Shown here: positions 29,873 through 40,570 of the stretch, one piece after another
Position numbering within the stretch: position 1 is the first letter of the stretch
Layout: the number at the start of each line of letters is the position of its first letter
Sequence record: SRR16203515_2548
Reading direction: 5' to 3' (one strand)
DNA: 46,623 nt
The notes under the pieces: generated by a model
What the model was told of the DNA's origin: nothing
Database searches by the model: none
The model's input: the letters and a program-made list of their open reading frames with translations, nothing else
Position numbers and translations under genes: made by a program

Positions 29873-30742
29873 ATGAAATTAACTACATTATTAAGTGCCG
29901 GTTTATTACTTGGTTCGCCATTAGCAATTGCTGACGAGCACAAGAGCCCACTCACAGTAACGCCGGTTGCTAAGCAACTACATGTTATTTACGGACAAGG
30001 CGGAAACATAGCAGTAAGCCACGGCAAGGACGGACTCTATATCATCGATGATCAATTTGCTCGCCTCTCAAATGACATTAAAAAAGCGTTAGGAAATATT
30101 CAAACTAATCGAGCAGAATTTGTGGTAAGTACCCATCATCATGGTGATCACACCGGCGGTAACGAAAATTTTGCCAACGATGGAAGTCATGTAATTGCCC
30201 ATCACAATGTTCATAAAAGATTGGAAGAAAAACACGGTAAGAACTCAAAGTTTCTACCTGTATTAAGTTTTGGGCACGACATGACATTGCATTTTAACAA
30301 TGAAAAAGCCAATTTAAAGCATTACCCTCATGCTCACACAGATGGCGACTCAGTCGTATTTTTTACTAAGGCAAATGTTATTCACCTAGGCGATATTTAC
30401 TTTAATCTCGGTGGACTACCCTTCGTCGATGTTGATAGCGGCGGTAATTTAAGCGGCGTGATTGACGCGGTAACAGATGTATTAACTCACGCAGATGACA
30501 AAACTGTTATCATTCCTGGTCATGGCCAAATCACTGATAAGCAAGCTTTAAAAAAGTATCTAGTGCTATTAAAACGAGCGCGTAGTTTGATGACAGAAGC
30601 AATGAGCGGCAACAAAACAATGGCACAAGTTGTTGCGATGGCTCCGTTGAACCCATTAAATCTAAAATACAGTAATTGGCTATCACAAGAACGCACGACG
30701 GAACTATTCTATCGAAGTTTAAAGGCTAAACATCACCACTAA
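29873..30742 (+). CDS. Exported MBL-fold metallohydrolase (cyclase-like)
   Basis: Signal peptide from ATG 29873, GQGGNI, IDDQF, THHHGDHTGGN, HTDGD, IPGHG. Confidence 0.88.
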   Translation: MKLTTLLSAGLLLGSPLAIADEHKSPLTVTPVAKQLHVIYGQGGNIAVSHGKDGLYIIDDQFARLSNDIKKALGNIQTNRAEFVVSTHHHGDHTGGNENFANDGSHVIAHHNVHKRLEEKHGKNSKFLPVLSFGHDMTLHFNNEKANLKHYPHAHTDGDSVVFFTKANVIHLGDIYFNLGGLPFVDVDSGGNLSGVIDAVTDVLTHADDKTVIIPGHGQITDKQALKKYLVLLKRARSLMTEAMSGNKTMAQVVAMAPLNPLNLKYSNWLSQERTTELFYRSLKAKHHH

Positions 30743-31673
30743 CTTTTTCAGCATTATCATTAAACGCTAAGAACCGGCGCACTTGAGCAATAACTTGAGT
30801 GCGGTAATCTTCCAGTTCAAAGAACAGCTCATGACGTGCACCGTAAATTTCTACTTTCTCAATCAATGATGGCTGCATGTGACGAGCAAATTCATCTTGA
30901 GCATTATTATCAACAATAGTATCTGCGCCCGCCTGTAGTAATAATGTTGGTATATTGATGTTTGCGGCATCGTGCAAACAGGCCTTACATGCCTGCAATG
31001 AAGTTTGCAACCAATGGTAAGTTGGAGAGCCTAATTGCAGTTGCGGTGTATCTTCATACACTTGTCGAAAATTTGAATAGCGCGATTCGTCCTGTGTTAA
31101 ATCATTACCTTCAAATTCCGCGTTATCATAGGGTTTACCACCTAAGACGTAGCTTGATTCTCGTTGTAAAAGCTTATCTGTCATCATCGCTGCATTAGAT
31201 AACTGCTCAACAATAAATTGCGGTGCTGGCAGTAAAATACCATGCATTGGACTGGCTAAAATAAGGCGTTCAATTTGATGCGTTTTGGTTTGAACATAGC
31301 GAGTTGCGATGGTGCCGCCCATGGAGTGACCCAATAAAATATGATGGGAATGCTCGTTAGATAGCACGACATCGTCAATAAACAGTGTTAAATCTTCAAT
31401 GTAAAAAGAAAAATCTTCAACGTGTCCTTTATGATGATTATTGAGTAACCGTTGCGACAACCCTTGACCACGATGATCAAGCATATAAACGCTATAACCT
31501 AACTGATAAAACTCATTGATTAACGATTGATACTTTAAGTAACTTTCTGTTCGCCCATTAACCATTATCATGGCCGGAGACGATTCAGCTTGCACCATTG
31601 CACAATAATGAATTGTAATATTATTAGTGCCTTGAAGCGTACTTTGTTGTAAATTCCCTAACCAGTGACTCAT
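30726..31673 (-). CDS. pldB: Lysophospholipase L2-like alpha/beta hydrolase
   Basis: NGRTESYLKY, DHRGQGLS, GHSMGG, GARHELFFE. Confidence 0.85.
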   Translation of the reverse strand: MSHWLGNLQQSTLQGTNNITIHYCAMVQAESSPAMIMVNGRTESYLKYQSLINEFYQLGYSVYMLDHRGQGLSQRLLNNHHKGHVEDFSFYIEDLTLFIDDVVLSNEHSHHILLGHSMGGTIATRYVQTKTHQIERLILASPMHGILLPAPQFIVEQLSNAAMMTDKLLQRESSYVLGGKPYDNAEFEGNDLTQDESRYSNFRQVYEDTPQLQLGSPTYHWLQTSLQACKACLHDAANINIPTLLLQAGADTIVDNNAQDEFARHMQPSLIEKVEIYGARHELFFELEDYRTQVIAQVRRFLAFNDNAEKVSGDV

Positions 31674-31714
31674 TGTTTTTCCGAATAATTTTAGAATAGG
31701 TATGATGCCAGAAC

Positions 31715-32578
31715 ATGGATACTAGCCACAAGCATGATAGCGTTGACGAATTAGTTTGTCAGTCAACTAAGATCCCATACCTCCAATTTTCTCAAGGTGA
31801 TATCCCCTGCTTGTTCATTCATGCCAATGGTTATCCAAGTGGCTGCTATAAACCATTGCTAGAGCAACTAAAAGGTTACGATGTATTAGCACCGTTGAGC
31901 CGTGCATGCTGGGATGATAGTGATCCATGGCTTGAAAATCAGTGGCCAACACTCGCAAACGATTTAGTAAAGTTTGCCCGAGCTCACCGTCAAAATAAAC
32001 CATTCCATTGTGTCGGTCATTCAATGGGTGCGATTGTTTTATTGATGGCAATTGAGCAAGCACCTGAATTATTTGATAAAGTCGTCTTTATTGATCCAAT
32101 ATTTCTGCCGACACCATTGGTAAAGTTAGCAAACTACCTCCCGAATAAGCTAACTAGCGGCACAAAAATGATTAAGAAAACCTTAGGTCGCCCCGATCAA
32201 TGGCAAGGTTTGCAACAAGCGTTTGATTTCCATCGCAGTAAGCGTGCTTACCAAGCGCTTTCAGATCCAGCGCTATGGCAATTCATCGTTGGCGGTACCA
32301 AAAAAATTGGTTCGCATTGGCAATTACGCTATAGCAAACAATGGGAAGCTTGGTTTTATCAACACCCACCACATGCATGGCCAATGTTACGTAAATTAAA
32401 CAAACCATTTTTGGGATTACGAGCGGAAAAATCTGAATTCCTAACACCGAAATCGTGGCTAAAATGGCAAAAAATTAAACCGCACGATACCTATATTGAA
32501 TTTCAAGGACAACATCATCTCTTACCGATGGAGGCACCACGAGATGTAGCCCACGCCATTTTAGATTTTCTTGAATAA
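31715..32578 (+). CDS. Alpha/beta hydrolase
   Basis: HANGY, GHSMG, HLLPMEAP. Confidence 0.88.
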   Translation: MDTSHKHDSVDELVCQSTKIPYLQFSQGDIPCLFIHANGYPSGCYKPLLEQLKGYDVLAPLSRACWDDSDPWLENQWPTLANDLVKFARAHRQNKPFHCVGHSMGAIVLLMAIEQAPELFDKVVFIDPIFLPTPLVKLANYLPNKLTSGTKMIKKTLGRPDQWQGLQQAFDFHRSKRAYQALSDPALWQFIVGGTKKIGSHWQLRYSKQWEAWFYQHPPHAWPMLRKLNKPFLGLRAEKSEFLTPKSWLKWQKIKPHDTYIEFQGQHHLLPMEAPRDVAHAILDFLE

Positions 32579-34549
32579 ATGCCGCAGTAAACGCTTAGCC
32601 TCTTTGACATCTTGTTGTGAGATACTGGCTGATTCTTGGTACTTAATTCGATTATAAAAATCAGTAAAGGCTTGAATTTCAATTTTAATATTAGGATATC
32701 TTGTCATTACTAATTTGCAATAATCGTTAGGCGTGTGATGACGCTGCCGAACAACTCCATGGCGTGACATCTCCTTAATCAATGATGTATAAACGAGTTC
32801 AAATCGCTGTTTATTCGTTGGTCGTTGCCAGCGAAATCCACTTTGCCACCACAACATAACACCAATAATACTCATCAGCGCCAGTGTAAACATAATAACC
32901 TTTAAGCTCGTCAATTTACCCAACAACATTTCCAATAGCTTCATCTGCTTGTCGCTGTTGTATTCAACAACCCAACGACTCCAATAAAATTCAACATCAG
33001 CAAGAGCCAAACGTAAGCTGTTTAACCACGGATTTTGCTTATAGCGAACCAAGCTAAATGTATTCCCACCAAGAAAGGGTTGTGCTTGATCATCATCTAA
33101 GCTTGAAATGACGCGATCAGGATGAATATTCGCAGTTGGATCGACACGAACCCAGCCAGATCCATCAATCCAAATCTCCGTCCACGCATGCGCATCATAT
33201 TGATAAACATTTAAATATTTAAGTTCTTCATTCCATTCTCCGCCCTGGTATCCTGTTACTACGCGCGCCGGAATGTTGGCGTAACGCATCATCAGCGTAA
33301 ATGCACTGGCATAGTGAGAACAAAATCCACGCTGCGTTGTAAATAAAAACTCATCAACACTGTCATCACCTAACAGAGGAGGTTCAAGCGTATAAAAATA
33401 AGGTTGTTCGTTAAACATCCGCAATACAGATTGCGCAAAGGCTAAATCAGAAGGAAGATGCACTCGTTGAGAAGCAACCCAGGCTTTGGTTTTTTGGTTA
33501 CTATCCGTTGGGACAATTAAGTTATGTCTGCGCTGAGCTGCTGACAACGTCAGTTTACTTGCTAGCTGCGGATAACTAACCACGTCGTAAGCTGTTGTGG
33601 AGGCCAATGGCGTGTTAGATTTTAGCGTTAAATCAGCCATCGATTTCACTTCGCTATCAGCGCTTGTCGCAACATTTAATCCGAACAACCAATGTTGATT
33701 ACTAGATTTAGCAATGATTCTGTATTTTATATTAGGTTCGTTGGAGAGATCTGGCCATGTGACTTCATCTTTATAAGGTAGCCATCGTGAACGCTTTTCT
33801 CGTGGTCGCCACTGGCGACCATCAAACTTATCAAGTACTAATGCACGCCAATAACGTTGTTGTTCCGGTATTGGCTCGTCATCAAAAATCACACTGAAAG
33901 CCAACTTAGTACTGCCGCGAAGCTGAGCAATGTCCCCAGGCGACATATTATCGGATAATCCTGTAGTCGCCCCACCAGCAATTGAAATAGACCATAATGG
34001 GCCAATTTGAGGCATCACTAAAAACAAGCTAGCTGTTAATGGTAAAGACAACGCGCCTATTTTGGCTGCGGTTCGTAATTGCCTATACCAAGGCATTTTC
34101 GGTGCGTGCAATGACAATAGAATACTCAGATGCAGCACAACTAAAATAGCAGCGACTAATGTTGTCGTTAGTGCTTCGCTATAAATAAAGGTTACCGCAA
34201 TAGTAATCATGCCGACGATAACGAGTACTAACACATCGCGCTTTTGCCGTAGCTCTATGAATTTTAAGCCATAAGCAAGCAGCAATAGGTTTACCATGTT
34301 TTCCATCATGCCATTATTAAAACTAGTAACAATGAGCATGGCGACAGCAGAAAGCGTTAATCCATGATGTGCAAGACGATTAAACACACTGACCTTGCCA
34401 ATAACGTATAGCCAACGCCACCCAATAGCGACACCACTAAACGGAAGTATCCACCAAGGCGTATAATCAAGTAATGCCAACAAGCTGATGAAATATGCCG
34501 CAATCATCCAAATAATAATATGTCGATTAACCAACCATGAGTTATTCAT
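32561..34549 (-). CDS. tgpA: TgpA-like membrane transglutaminase-fold protein (DUF3488 + TGase + DUF4129)
   Basis: N-terminal TMs, TGLSDNMSPG, GFCSHYA, HAWTE, RVDPT (Cys-His-Asp triad). Confidence 0.88.
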   Translation of the reverse strand: MNNSWLVNRHIIIWMIAAYFISLLALLDYTPWWILPFSGVAIGWRWLYVIGKVSVFNRLAHHGLTLSAVAMLIVTSFNNGMMENMVNLLLLAYGLKFIELRQKRDVLVLVIVGMITIAVTFIYSEALTTTLVAAILVVLHLSILLSLHAPKMPWYRQLRTAAKIGALSLPLTASLFLVMPQIGPLWSISIAGGATTGLSDNMSPGDIAQLRGSTKLAFSVIFDDEPIPEQQRYWRALVLDKFDGRQWRPREKRSRWLPYKDEVTWPDLSNEPNIKYRIIAKSSNQHWLFGLNVATSADSEVKSMADLTLKSNTPLASTTAYDVVSYPQLASKLTLSAAQRRHNLIVPTDSNQKTKAWVASQRVHLPSDLAFAQSVLRMFNEQPYFYTLEPPLLGDDSVDEFLFTTQRGFCSHYASAFTLMMRYANIPARVVTGYQGGEWNEELKYLNVYQYDAHAWTEIWIDGSGWVRVDPTANIHPDRVISSLDDDQAQPFLGGNTFSLVRYKQNPWLNSLRLALADVEFYWSRWVVEYNSDKQMKLLEMLLGKLTSLKVIMFTLALMSIIGVMLWWQSGFRWQRPTNKQRFELVYTSLIKEMSRHGVVRQRHHTPNDYCKLVMTRYPNIKIEIQAFTDFYNRIKYQESASISQQDVKEAKRLLRHLFKKI

Positions 34550-35492
34550 GATAAACACCGAACGTAGCTAACAAAGTGAGAGCATTTTGACGATGACAAT
34601 TGCCGTGTCCAACTGATATTTTTTTATTGCCAAGCTTTACACCGAATGGTTGATTTAAGCTCGAATAATAATTTATTAAATAAGCTAGGTGACTTAATTT
34701 CATTTCAATATCACCGCCATTAATATCATCAAGATCTAGCCATTGAGGTTCGCCGAGCGTTTGCTCAAATTGTTTACTTAAAATCCCCTTTCCTTGAGCA
34801 AGTTGTTTCCAAGCGACGCGTTTAAGAGACTCACCTTCACGATAGGGCTCTAATCCAGAAAAACTATCACCACTAACCGTTCGTTTTGATGAATACGTGC
34901 CATTCCCCTGCTCAGCCGCTGACAACTGCTGTGCACTAGCAATTGGATTTGGAAAAACAACAACGTCTTGCTCAAATTCAAGATTCGCCCACGCACGAAA
35001 AAGTCCTAACGGGTATTCACTTGCAACCACTAATCGAGGTAAACGATGCACACCTCGTGGTTTTTCCTTTATCGTTAACGCAATTGAAGATTGTTGCTCT
35101 AATATCGGAGTAAATTGCTGAGGATGCGCTTTATAGTTAAAATAAATACCGTGCTTCACTTTATCAGCACGTATTTGGCATTCGATGCTTAATAACTGCG
35201 TAGCTATATATTCTTGTCGCAAAACAGGCTTAATCAACATACCGGCCATATTTTGATAACAGAGCAGCATCGTTGTCACAAACAGCGAAAAACAAAAACT
35301 ACTTAAAATAATCACTAAGTTGTTTTGATAATTAATACCCATCACAAAGAGCAGTACATTGAGCAACGCGAACAAAACACCAAATTTACTCGGTAAAATG
35401 AAGATGTTACGTCGATGAAGCTCAACCTCTTCTAACGTCGGCATTCGTCTTTTAAGCCACTGTAGCCAACGTTGCTGCAATAATTTCTTCAT
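34542..35492 (-). CDS. DUF58 protein
   Basis: IFILPS, INYQNN, YPLGLFRAW, YREGESLKRVAWK; lies between moxR and tgpA. Confidence 0.9.
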   Translation of the reverse strand: MKKLLQQRWLQWLKRRMPTLEEVELHRRNIFILPSKFGVLFALLNVLLFVMGINYQNNLVIILSSFCFSLFVTTMLLCYQNMAGMLIKPVLRQEYIATQLLSIECQIRADKVKHGIYFNYKAHPQQFTPILEQQSSIALTIKEKPRGVHRLPRLVVASEYPLGLFRAWANLEFEQDVVVFPNPIASAQQLSAAEQGNGTYSSKRTVSGDSFSGLEPYREGESLKRVAWKQLAQGKGILSKQFEQTLGEPQWLDLDDINGGDIEMKLSHLAYLINYYSSLNQPFGVKLGNKKISVGHGNCHRQNALTLLATFGVYHE

Positions 35493-35496
35493 CTAT

Positions 35497-36399
35497 TTAC
35501 CCTAGTGGGTCAACACTATGAAGAAGCTGTTCACTCAAGCTTTGCGCTTGAGACTGCGACGAACCACGGAGCCGATGTTCACACACAGCCGGTAAAATGG
35601 CCTGCACATCTTCAGGTAATACGTAATCACGCCCCTCAATAAATGCCCATGATTTACTCGCTGCTAATAATGAGCGTGTTGCCCGAGGCGATAATGGATG
35701 GACATAATTACTATCGCTGCGAGTCTTACCGACGATGCGTAGAATATAATCAATAACAGCATCAGCGACCTTGACCTGCTCAATCTCTTGCTTAATAGCC
35801 AATAATTCATCGCCATTAATCAATTGTTGCAACGCTAATGATTGCGTCGACTGCAGCAACATCGCTTTTTCAGCATCCGCACTAGGATATCCCAACGTAA
35901 CGCGCATTAAGAACCGATCTAATTGAGAATCAGGCAGTTCAAATGTGCCAGAATGCTCCAGTGGGTTTTGCGTCGCAATAACAAAAAATGGTTGCGGCAA
36001 CGTATAGGTATCTCCATCGATACTTACTTGCCCTTCAGCCATAGCCTCTAGCAAAGCGCTCTGTGTTTTAGGACTCGCTCGATTAATTTCATCCCCCAGA
36101 ACAACTTGACTGAATATAGGGCCTTTATGAAAACTAAATTCATGGGTGTCTTGATTGAAAATGGAGACCCCCAACAAATCGGCTGGTAACATATCACTCG
36201 TAAATTGAACACGCTGATAAGTTAGACCTAAACTATAAGCTAAACTATTGGCCAAAGTTGTTTTTCCCACGCCGGGCACATCTTCTATCAGTAAATGACC
36301 ACCGGCCATTAAGCAACATAACGACAATTTAATCTGATGTTGCTTACCTAATAAAACGCGATCTATTTGTTCAACCAATGGCTTAACGGCAGGGTTCAT
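35497..36399 (-). CDS. moxR: MoxR-family AAA+ ATPase
   Basis: EDVPGVGKT, QFTSDMLPAD, DEINRA, ATQNP, LDRF. Confidence 0.95.
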   Translation of the reverse strand: MNPAVKPLVEQIDRVLLGKQHQIKLSLCCLMAGGHLLIEDVPGVGKTTLANSLAYSLGLTYQRVQFTSDMLPADLLGVSIFNQDTHEFSFHKGPIFSQVVLGDEINRASPKTQSALLEAMAEGQVSIDGDTYTLPQPFFVIATQNPLEHSGTFELPDSQLDRFLMRVTLGYPSADAEKAMLLQSTQSLALQQLINGDELLAIKQEIEQVKVADAVIDYILRIVGKTRSDSNYVHPLSPRATRSLLAASKSWAFIEGRDYVLPEDVQAILPAVCEHRLRGSSQSQAQSLSEQLLHSVDPLG

Positions 36400-36492
36400 T
36401 AATCTCTCATTTTCATCAATTTATTTATTACCATCCTAAAACATTCAATGGTTAAGGGGTATACTATCGCAAAATAATTTTTGGACCTTTTC

Positions 36493-37335
36493 ATGCTAAG
36501 TTATCGCCACAGTTTTCACGCAGGCAATTTTGCCGATGTTTTAAAACATCTTACTCAAGTGTTAATTATTGAGGCTCTGCAACAAAAGCCAAAGCCATTT
36601 GTCTATCACGATACCCATTCAGCAGCCGGTCGATACAATCTAAGAGACAAGACCAGTGAAAAGACCGGTGAGTATAAAGACGGTATCGGTCGTATTTGGC
36701 AACGTGACGATATCCCAGCGCAGATGACAACATACGTTGATATGATAAAATCATTTAATCCGACCAATGAATTGTCACAATACCCAGGCTCTCCTTTAGT
36801 CGCTAAGTCAATGATTGGTCATAGCCAGCGTATGGAACTGACCGAATTACACCCCACCGACTTAGCCTTGCTACAACAAGAGTTTGCTGGCGACAGAAAA
36901 GTTCGCATTCAAAAAACTGATGGTTATAAAGGTCTAAATGGCGCTATGCCACCAGCGCAGCGTCGCGCATTGGTACTTATCGATCCGCCTTATGAACTTA
37001 AGACAGAACACGACGATGCCATCAATGGTATTGTCGCAGCCCACAAAAAGTTTGCTACCGGTATTTACGCTCTTTGGTATCCAGTCGTTTCACGCGCTCA
37101 AGTCGAACGATTCTGTGAGAAGTTCAAACGACAAGGGATCCGTAAAATTTTACGTGTCGAATTAAACGTTAAACAAGACACCAGTGAATATGGCATGACT
37201 GGTACAGGCATGATTATTGTCAATCCGCCTTGGAAATTAGAGCAGCAATTGAAAGAATCTTTACCTTGGCTAGTTGAGCACTTGGCCCAAGATCAACATG
37301 CAAATTACACAATTGAATGGTTGGTTGAAGAATAA
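36493..37335 (+). CDS. rlmJ: 23S rRNA m6A2030 methyltransferase
   Basis: MLSYRHSFHAGNFADV, YPGSP, DPPYE. Confidence 0.97.
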   Translation: MLSYRHSFHAGNFADVLKHLTQVLIIEALQQKPKPFVYHDTHSAAGRYNLRDKTSEKTGEYKDGIGRIWQRDDIPAQMTTYVDMIKSFNPTNELSQYPGSPLVAKSMIGHSQRMELTELHPTDLALLQQEFAGDRKVRIQKTDGYKGLNGAMPPAQRRALVLIDPPYELKTEHDDAINGIVAAHKKFATGIYALWYPVVSRAQVERFCEKFKRQGIRKILRVELNVKQDTSEYGMTGTGMIIVNPPWKLEQQLKESLPWLVEHLAQDQHANYTIEWLVEE

Positions 37336-37380
37336 TTAACAGCCCAAATAGCTCAATTTAACATTGTATAAATAAGAGTT

Positions 37381-37416
37381 GAAAGCATAAGATTACACAT
37401 GTAATCTTATGCTTTC
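37381..37416. repeat. Perfect 17-bp inverted repeat with 2-nt spacer
   Basis: GAAAGCATAAGATTACA-CA-TGTAATCTTATGCTTTC. Confidence 0.9.
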
Positions 37417-37437
37417 TCTATTGCCGTTTGCGATGTT

Positions 37438-38118
37438 ATGTATAAATTAATATTTGTCTTTATAACTATTTGTTTGTCTGGTTGTGCAACAACGGTGCAT
37501 TTAGTGACAAAAGGGTATTCAAAGCAAGACGTTAGTCAATTTGAACAACAATTGATCAACAAGGGCTTTAACGTTGAAATAAATAATATATTAATCCCAA
37601 AAAACTACCCGTCTAGCGTCATTGCCATGAGCCCAGCCCACAAACCAGCACAAGATCTTTCATTGTTAAAAAACTTTATTCATGACAACAAACTTGAACA
37701 AGCCACAGAACTAAGATTTGGCCAAAGCAGACATTATTATCACCAAGGGCACATTGGGCTTTATTTACGGCATCCAGACATTAACCCAGATGATGCAATG
37801 CCACCATATTTGGCATCTATTGGCTGTAAAACAGGATACGCAACCATAGCATTTCAATCAGATCACACGGCTGAATTTGAAACAGAAATTTACCAAGACG
37901 GACAATATAGATTGCAATTCAAACAGGGAAACTGGCTATATGATGGTAATACGCTAACCATTACGTTAGATACAAATGAAGAAGCACAATTTACAAGGCG
38001 CAATATAACCCGAGAAACATCTGTTGGTGTAAAGCCTGCGTTGTTATTTAGCCCAGTAACAAAAAACCACTTCTATGCACCTTTGAATTGTCCATTTGAA
38101 GTGGTTTTTATGGATTAA
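37438..38118 (+). CDS. Hypothetical lipoprotein
   Basis: 226-aa ORF with lipobox LSGC; no family recognised. Confidence 0.75.
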   Translation: MYKLIFVFITICLSGCATTVHLVTKGYSKQDVSQFEQQLINKGFNVEINNILIPKNYPSSVIAMSPAHKPAQDLSLLKNFIHDNKLEQATELRFGQSRHYYHQGHIGLYLRHPDINPDDAMPPYLASIGCKTGYATIAFQSDHTAEFETEIYQDGQYRLQFKQGNWLYDGNTLTITLDTNEEAQFTRRNITRETSVGVKPALLFSPVTKNHFYAPLNCPFEVVFMD

Positions 38119-38121
38119 AAT

Positions 38122-38370
38122 CTATAAGCCTTTTTTAGAGTAGATTGTGACTTTGTCAGCAACAAATTTCACATTAATATTCTTATCGTCAGCGCCCCAA
38201 GTACACTGTTTCATCCCTAGTGTTGTGTCACATTCAGCCGGATTTCCTAATAACGTTTCGACATCGCTATAGTCCATGCCTACTTCAATTTTTTGATAGT
38301 TTTCATTATTAATCTTGCCACATGCCGTTAATAAGACGAGCGTTGCTGCAGCCAATAAAATTTGTTTCAT
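38122..38370 (-). CDS. Small lipoprotein, DUF3862/OsmE-BamE-like
   Basis: AAGGA RBS, ATG 38370, lipobox LTAC, NYQKIEVGM....VETLLG.P. Confidence 0.8.
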   Translation of the reverse strand: MKQILLAAATLVLLTACGKINNENYQKIEVGMDYSDVETLLGNPAECDTTLGMKQCTWGADDKNINVKFVADKVTIYSKKGL

Positions 38371-38398
38371 AAATAAATCCTTAAATTGATAAACCTTG

Positions 38399-39310
38399 TT
38401 AAATCCAATTTCGAACTGGAAGATAATGTGAATATAGATTCGCTTCTTCAGTGTTTTCATCTGGGGCGTAACAATATTCCCAACGAACCAGTGGTGGCAT
38501 TGACATTAAGATAGATTCTGTACGCCCGCCACTTTGCAAACCAAAGTGTGTTCCGCGATCATAAACTAAGTTAAATTCGACGTAACGACCGCGACGATAA
38601 AGTTGAAATTGGCGCTGACGTTCACCATATTCTGTATCTTTTCTCGCTTTAACGATAGGCAAGTATGCTTCAATAAACCCATCGCCAACAGATTTCATAA
38701 ACGCAAAGCTTTGCTCGAAGCCATCTTCATTTAAATCATCAAAGAATAAACCGCCAATACCACGCGCTTCATCGCGATGCTTCAAATAGAAATATTCATC
38801 ACACCACTGTTTATATTTAGGATATTTATCTTCACCAAAAGGTTCACATAAATCCTTTGCGGTTTGGTGCCAATGTTTGCAATCATCTTCGTTGCCATAA
38901 TACGGCGTTAAATCAAAGCCGCCACCGAACCACCAAATTGGATCTTCGCCTTCTTTATAAGCAATAAAGAAACGTACGTTTGCATGAGATGTCGGCACAT
39001 AAGGATTATTAGGGTGAATCACTAATGAAACCCCCATCGCTTCGTAGCGACGACCTGTTAACTCTGGGCGCGCTGCAGTAGCGGAAGGAGGTAAGGTCTC
39101 GCCCATCACATGAGAAAAGTTTACACCCGCCTGTTCAAAAACATGACCATTGGTCAATACACGGCTTTCGCCACCACCACCTTCAACTCTTTGCCAAGCG
39201 TCATGTTCAAATCCGGCACTTGGTTCTTGGCTTTCCAAGCCTTTACAAATACTCGATTGAAGCGATAACAAATATTCTTTTACGACTTCTGCCGAAATCT
39301 GGGTTGTCAT
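38399..39310 (-). CDS. hemF: Oxygen-dependent coproporphyrinogen III oxidase
   Basis: [40 protein letters not shown]. Confidence 0.98.
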   Translation of the reverse strand: MTTQISAEVVKEYLLSLQSSICKGLESQEPSAGFEHDAWQRVEGGGGESRVLTNGHVFEQAGVNFSHVMGETLPPSATAARPELTGRRYEAMGVSLVIHPNNPYVPTSHANVRFFIAYKEGEDPIWWFGGGFDLTPYYGNEDDCKHWHQTAKDLCEPFGEDKYPKYKQWCDEYFYLKHRDEARGIGGLFFDDLNEDGFEQSFAFMKSVGDGFIEAYLPIVKARKDTEYGERQRQFQLYRRGRYVEFNLVYDRGTHFGLQSGGRTESILMSMPPLVRWEYCYAPDENTEEANLYSHYLPVRNWI

Positions 39311-39334
39311 AGATTAATGCCTTTTAAAATTATT

Positions 39335-39883
39335 CTAACGGTAACATTGACCGCTAATAGCATCGACAATCGTCGACGGCTTATCAAAACCAAGTGTTAT
39401 GCCTTTTATGACATAGTCTAACTTATCAACAAGTTGAGGATCTAGTTTTTGCCAAGTTGAGGCTGGTTCAAGGCCTGATAAGTTTGCACTTGTAGAAACG
39501 ATAGGTCGCCCTACACTTTCGCACAACGCTACAACATCAGGTTGATCAGTCACTCGCACCGCAATACTGTCAAACTGACCAGATAATAAAGGCTCGGAAT
39601 TAATGGCCTTAGGTACTACTTGAGTCACACCATTTGGCCATCGACTCAACATACTGGTCATCATATCAGGAGTTAATCGCGTTTGGTCAATATAGGGGAT
39701 TAGCTGCTCAAAGCTACTGGCCAACAAAATTAACCCTTTATTTGGATCGCGCTGTTTCATTGCTAATAGTCGTTCAAGCGCTTGATTATTATCGGGATCA
39801 CAACCAACACCAAATACCGCTTCGGTCGGATAAGCAATTAACCCACCAGCTAAAAAAGCTTGTTGTGCACTTTGATAAATCAC
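39335..39883 (-). CDS. tsaC: L-threonylcarbamoyladenylate synthase
   Basis: [15 protein letters not shown]...[13 protein letters not shown]. Confidence 0.95.
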   Translation of the reverse strand: MIYQSAQQAFLAGGLIAYPTEAVFGVGCDPDNNQALERLLAMKQRDPNKGLILLASSFEQLIPYIDQTRLTPDMMTSMLSRWPNGVTQVVPKAINSEPLLSGQFDSIAVRVTDQPDVVALCESVGRPIVSTSANLSGLEPASTWQKLDPQLVDKLDYVIKGITLGFDKPSTIVDAISGQCYR

Positions 39884-40076
39884 GATTATTTCTCACTAAA
39901 TATTTCTGCTGTAGATTTTACCAAGATTACAACACAGCAACTAGTCATAACTTTAATTTTGCTTTCACAAAAACGGCGAAGAACCAAGCTAGCATCTTAA
40001 GGTCGTTTGGGTATATAATCCCCGAAAAATGTGACCTATCACACACAATCAACCATCCTACATAGGCGTAATAAAA

Positions 40077-40559
40077 ATGACTGTCGGTATTATCATGGGC
40101 TCAAAATCAGACTGGCCAACTATGCAACATGCAGCTCAAATGCTTGATGATCTTGGTGTTCCTTACGAAACTAAAGTTGTTTCAGCTCACCGAACTCCAC
40201 ACCTGTTGGCAGAATACTCAGAATCAGCAAAAGAACGCGGACTAAAAGTTATCATTGCTGGCGCAGGCGGTGCAGCACATCTACCAGGTATGGCCGCGGC
40301 TTACACTAGCTTGCCAGTGTTAGGGGTTCCAGTACAGTCACGTGTATTAAGTGGTAAAGATTCTTTATTATCAATTGTTCAAATGCCTAAAGGAATTGCT
40401 GTCGGCACATTGGCAATTGGTGAAGCAGGTGCGGCTAATGCAGGTCTGCTGGCTGCACAAATAATTGGTACCCATGACGAGAAAATCATGGAAAATGTGG
40501 AAGCTTTCCGAAAAGCGCAAACTGAGAACATCTTAAACAATCCTGATCCAGCAGCGTAA
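40077..40559 (+). CDS. purE: N5-CAIR mutase
   Basis: [22 protein letters not shown]. Confidence 0.98.
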   Translation: MTVGIIMGSKSDWPTMQHAAQMLDDLGVPYETKVVSAHRTPHLLAEYSESAKERGLKVIIAGAGGAAHLPGMAAAYTSLPVLGVPVQSRVLSGKDSLLSIVQMPKGIAVGTLAIGEAGAANAGLLAAQIIGTHDEKIMENVEAFRKAQTENILNNPDPAA

Positions 40560-40570
40560 TAGGAATTAGC

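Noticed and set aside
29873..30742. Exported MBL-fold protein as a class B1 beta-lactamase
   Set aside because: Has HxHxDH and Asp (LGD) where B1 enzymes have Cys, and GQGGNI/IDDQF motifs fit the cyclase-like group. Activity cannot be inferred from sequence.
32561..36399. moxR-DUF58-transglutaminase operon as a novel system
   Set aside because: Widespread, already described arrangement (e.g. the Pseudomonas aeruginosa tgpA operon).
39634..40065. 143-aa plus-strand ORF across tsaC and the purE promoter
   Set aside because: Mostly antisense to tsaC, spans promoter DNA, and has no recognisable motif.
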